DNA of 63,777 nucleotides, the filler included, from Chrysochromulina tobinii (taxonomy: Eukaryota), in the NCBI GenBank assembly GCA_001275005.1. It is 10 parts of 10 records of this genome, joined end to end, with 100 filler letters (N's around TTAATTAATTAA, not from the genome) between each part and the next. Parts side by side here need not be neighbours in the genome. Positions count along the whole stretch, not along the records: positions 59,257 to 63,777 come from JWZX01000431.1; 9 more parts are not named here. The stretch is one strand, 5' to 3'. Numbering within the stretch: position 1 is the stretch's first letter; each line of letters opens with the position of its first letter. Of the stretch, positions 59,257 to 63,777 are shown piece after piece. A model generated the notes under the pieces. The model saw only the letters and a program-made list of their open reading frames with translations, had not been told where the DNA came from and searched no databases. The translations under genes were made by a program, and so were the position numbers.

Positions 59257-62200
59257 ACAGCCGGCACTCGGTCGAGACGTGGGCGATCTTCGAGATGTAC
59301 GCGGCCATCTGCGTCGTCAGGTCCCAGGGCAGCTCCACCGGCGCGTCGACCATCACGAGGGAGATGTGCAGCAGGCATGCGTGGGAGTCCGGGTGCTCAT
59401 CGGGGGAACGGCTCGTGAGCAGCCGAAGCGTGTTGTTCTCCTCACGTGTCAGGCTAACGTCCGTGGACACCGTGTCGATGAGGCGCACCACCTGCTTGTA
59501 CTGACGATGCAGGTAGCGGAGCAGCAGCAGGTAGAGCGCCGAGGCGAGCGTGGTCGAGTAAAGGAACGAGAGGCTGATGTGCACCGGGTACACGTAGTAG
59601 GGGTTCTCGAGCGCTGAGGCCCACTTCGCATCGCCCTGGTCGATGACCAGTGCCGTTGAGAAGGGCACCGTGGCGATGATCGGCCGTATCGGCATGTCCG
59701 CCGCTACGAGTACGGAGCGCTCACCATTGGAGTTGGAGAGGAGGAGCGAGTGTGGAATGCCCGCGAGCAGCTCGTCAGTGAGCTCATCACGCTCATTCGT
59801 GATGAAGAGGTCGGCATGGTCGATCGAGTACAGGCGCACAGTCCCACCGACGCGACGTGCCTGGAACGTCAGCTTGAGCCGCGGCAGCGCCACGATCGCG
59901 AGATCCTCTTGCGCGAACGCCGTGGGCTTGCCCATGTCCTTGGCCTCGTCGTACGGGGCCCAGGCGAGGATGGAACCAATCGCCTCGATGCGCGTGAGCA
60001 CCGTCGCAAGGCTCTCGAGCAGGCTGCCCTTTGGAGCAGCGAGCAGATCGAGGAGCACAAACTCGCGATCCTCAATGTCGCTCGCCGACGCCACCGAGCC
60101 GGCCGACGCGGCCGGGCTGGCGGCGGCGGCGGCGCCGCCGGCAGCTGTGGGATCGGCGGCGCCCTTCTTGGCCAGGTTCGCTTTGGAGTCCACGGGCAGG
60201 TTGCCCGATTTGGCCACGCGCTGCGCCATCTCGAGGAGACTGTCCACGAGCTGGGGCAGAATCACGTCTGAGACGCGGTGGCGCTGCTGCCGACGCTTGA
60301 GAGTGAGCACGTCGACAGATTCGAGCAGCTCGTCGAACTGCTGCAGCGGCACCTTGCAGTCCGCCCCCGGCCCAAAGAAGTGACCGCCCAGCCGAGCGAG
60401 GAGCAGTGAGAGAGACTGCGCGAGCTTGAAGGTGGGACGAAACGCGTCCAGAAGCAGCCCGTGGCGCTTGGCGAACGCTTCAAGCGCCTCGAGCGCGCGG
60501 AGGGTCGCGTCGCGCATCCGCTCCATGCGTGCGCGCTTGAGGCGGTACACCTGGGTGCGCGAGGGCGGCAGTGCCATGCCATCGACATTCGCCGAGAGGA
60601 AGCGCTCGCCATGAGTTGCCACGTGAGCGCCCTTGTGAATCTTGACGAAGATGATGTCGCTGCATGCCTCGGCGTTGAGCGGGTAGCCGCGCAGGTTGTC
60701 GTCCTCATCCTGCCAAAAGCGGAAGTTGAGTACCAGAGCCTCGGGCAGCTGGCCGTGCAACAGGCGCGGCGGCAGGTACGTCTCGGTGCCCAACGAGAGA
60801 TTCTCACTGAGCGCCCACTCGCGTGTGATGATGCACGTCGCGTCCGGGGTAGTCTTCGCTCCCGGATCGCCTGCTGCGTAGCGCTCCCACTGCGGCCACA
60901 GGTCCTCGCGGTCGCCAGTGGGCGGCTGCATCGCCGCCAGGCAGTAGCGCGCGTCCGACGAGTACGTGAGTGACCGGTAGAAGCGTCGACCGTGAGAGAT
61001 GATACGGTACGCATGCACGACGCCGCGCGCCTTGTACACGAAGAATTCGTACAGGATGCCCGGCATGCCCGCGTAGTTGCCCACCAGGTATGCCACCTCC
61101 GCCGTCTCGGCCAGCGGCTCCTCCGGCAGGTAGACCATCAGCGGACAGAGGGGGTTGAAGAAGTACGTGTTGTAAAAGGGCTGGAAGATGGCCGGTAGCC
61201 ACTTCTTCTCCGAGGGGTAGAGCTCCTGAGCATAGTACGAGCGCGCGGACTCGAGCTTGGGCATCCGCGTGTCGGGCTCCGGCCAATAGCCGAGCGTGTG
61301 CGCGCGTCCGACCAGCTGGTAGGACTCGCGATGCATGCAGCGCTCGATGAGCGACGCTTGCATGCTGATGCGCCCGAAGAGCTCGACGACGTCGCCATTT
61401 TTGGCAATGTGCTCGGGCAGGGCCTGCGGGTGACTCGCCTTCAAGGTGAGCTGCATCACTTGCACGTCGACCACCACATTCGCCTCTGCACCGGAGGGCA
61501 ACTCGGCCGCCGTCTCCGCCGTCGACGCGGCAGCCGAGCGGCTGCGCGTGGCGTACTGCGTGAAGCGACCCTGGTTGGTTTCGCCCATCAGCTTCGCCCA
61601 TTGGTAAGCGACCTCGTCTGAGGAGGGGAGCAGGGCACCATTCGAGGCGGAGGCGCGCAGCACGCTGTCCATGACGGTGTCCAGCCCGGACTGCGGCGCC
61701 TGACGCAACCAGTGTACGAGCCGACGACGCACCACCTGGAGCATCTCGTAGATCTCGGTCTCGGGCACACGCCAGCCGTCCCAGGTTCCCCGGGAGCCAG
61801 CCTGGTCGAGCAGCTCGCGGTTCCATTGATGGCGTGTCGCGAGGAAGATGACGCCGCGCGTGATGCTTGTGACCTTCGCTTCGTCAAGCTCGGCGAGTCT
61901 CGCGTTGCGCGCGCACAGCAGCACGTGCGCCTCGAGGTTGCAAATGTACTTGACATTGCGGTCGAGGATCGACTCGTCGTTCGTGCCGGCAAACTCCTTG
62001 ACGAGTTTCAGATGCCAACGGCGCAGCACCTTGGTCACATTCGTCCACAAGAAGGCCTTGAGAGACGCCCGCGCCTCGAGCAGCCGCGCGCGCTGTGTCG
62101 GTCCGAGCTCGATGGGGCGTTGGGGCATGTGCGTCTTCATCGTCTCGTGTGTCCCCGCGTCGCAGTCGAGGACCATCTGCACGTAATTGTCCACGCGGCA

Positions 62201-63777
62201 CGCGAGACGCGTCATGAAGAGGATGATGGTCGCCGTGGACGACTTGAGCGTGCCAGTGTCGAGGTCGATGGCCTGCTTCATCAGGCGCGTGATCGAGCCG
62301 AGCAGCGTATCGGGTGACCGACACAGCTCGTTGATGAGCAGATGATGCGCTGTGCCGAGCAGCTCGGGCGCCGAGGTGGGCACATCCACCGGCTCCATGC
62401 CCTGGGCCTTGAGGGGAAGGTGGTGGCCGGGCTCGAACAGGGCGGCATCAAAGAGGCGCTGCAGCTGTGGGGACTGGAGGGAGTGGATGCGGTCATCCGA
62501 TGCGAAGAAGGAGATGACGAGCGGGATGCGCAAATAAGGGACCGTCAGGTAGCTAAGCAGCAGCTCGGAGTCGTGCTGGCCAAGCGCATGCTTGTTCGCC
62601 ACGTCGAGCTCGCCGAATGAAGGGAGATCCCACAGGTGCAGGATGTCGTCCTCATTGTCCGCCGACTGGGGCTTGACGTACTCGGACGCGACAGCCAAGG
62701 ATGAGAAACGCTCCTTTGGCGGAATCTCGCCGCTTTTCCTTTGGGGCAGTGCCGAGAGGCTGCCGCAGCCCGCGCTGACTCCAAACTCGGCCGTTTGGTC
62801 GTGCCAGCCAAACGAGAGTTGCATCTCTCGCTGCGTAAAGGGGGGGTCGCGCCTCGGGAAGCAATTCTTGTCGGGGTTGAGGAAGAACTTGAAGTAGAAG
62901 GCGATGTCGCGATAGTGACGAAACTCAGGGTAGTTCTTCATAAGCAGCGCGTCAGGGTCCGTGACGTACTGTGCGAGCGAGTTGGTGTCCGCGGGGAAGG
63001 CGCGATCCACGCACACGTGGCGCAGCCAGCTCGCGAGCTCGACCGAGAACTTGTGCGATTTGTCCCATCGAAAGAGCTTGGGCAACTTGCGAAAGGAGCC
63101 GAAGTAGTCAAGGGCGGCCATACGCGCCATGTTGAGCTCGGGCGTGTGGCAGGCGACGAGGGCGGCTTGGGCGGCGAGGGGGCCACAATCCAGGGTGAAG
63201 CCCTTGTGGAGAGCGTCCTCGCTCCCCTCGCTGATGCCCCCTAGGTGGGCACACAGCTCGGACCGGTAGTTGATCGAGCGCTGACGAAGCACGCAGTCGG
63301 CGATAGCGGCGATGCATGCGGGCACCACCATTCGAACGCTGTCGGCGGGGCGCGTATGATTGAGGGAGAGCGCCGAGGCCGCAAAGTGTTCCATGATGCG
63401 CGCGAGGACCTCGAGCATCGTGCGTTGCTCCTCGTAATCGACCGGCGCGCGCCACACGCACGTCGCCACGCCTCTGCCGCGTCGCGGAGCGGGCAGAGGG
63501 AGCAGCTGCGTGAATACAAACTCGATGAGCGCAAACTTGAGGAACGCCGTGTTGTGCACTGAATGCGATTGGACAGCCAGGGCGGTGCAGAGCCAGTCGC
63601 AGTGGCGGACTGCCGCGACCGCCTGCTCGCGGGTGGCCACCGAAGCGGGAAGGGCGATCAGGTCAATCTCCTTATATCTCGGTAGCTCCTGCTTGGGGCC
63701 GGGATCGACGTCCGTCAGTCGAAGGAGCCGCTCACAGAGCATGTGCATGTGGGGCGTCTCAACCGGCTTCGTGCTGG
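59257..63777 (-). CDS. Internal part of a giant uncharacterised protist protein (over 1500 aa, open at both ends; DUF3638/3645-type tentatively)
   Basis: Uninterrupted 4.5-kb frame with strong codon bias. LPRLKLTF..YVYPVHISLSFL..TLASALYLLLLR. The family call is from memory only. Confidence 0.75.

Overview
Eukaryotic, GC-rich, intron-containing nuclear DNA. It is probably from a photosynthetic alga with a complex plastid, most likely a haptophyte (inference from GC content, a probable GC-AG intron and a bipartite-targeted DUF1118 protein). The window is 10 contigs joined by nine artificial 100-nt N44-TTAATTAATTAA-N44 spacers, so neighbourhood across spacers is meaningless. Recognisable genes: PRMT5, TANGO2/NRDE, PA2G4/EBP1, PDI, METTL2/6-like, GNAT, YnfA-like, DUF1118, LON-N domain, ankyrin, TPR/Sel1, double-SET, double PAS/LOV-like, F-box/LRR and a CAP-Gly PPP phosphatase. 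Best leads: (1) a six-exon gene at 152-4324 that, once spliced, encodes two complete AID/APOBEC-like zinc-dependent deaminase domains joined by a GGGDR-repeat linker; (2) two families of short insertions that form spliceosomal introns and carry 13-30 nt target duplications, including an antisense in-frame copy suggesting mobility; (3) a tandem array of beta-helix mini-exons separated by near-identical introns; (4) a LINE-like ORF ending in a chromodomain; (5) several mosaic or chimeric loci. All splice models were read by eye and lack transcript support.
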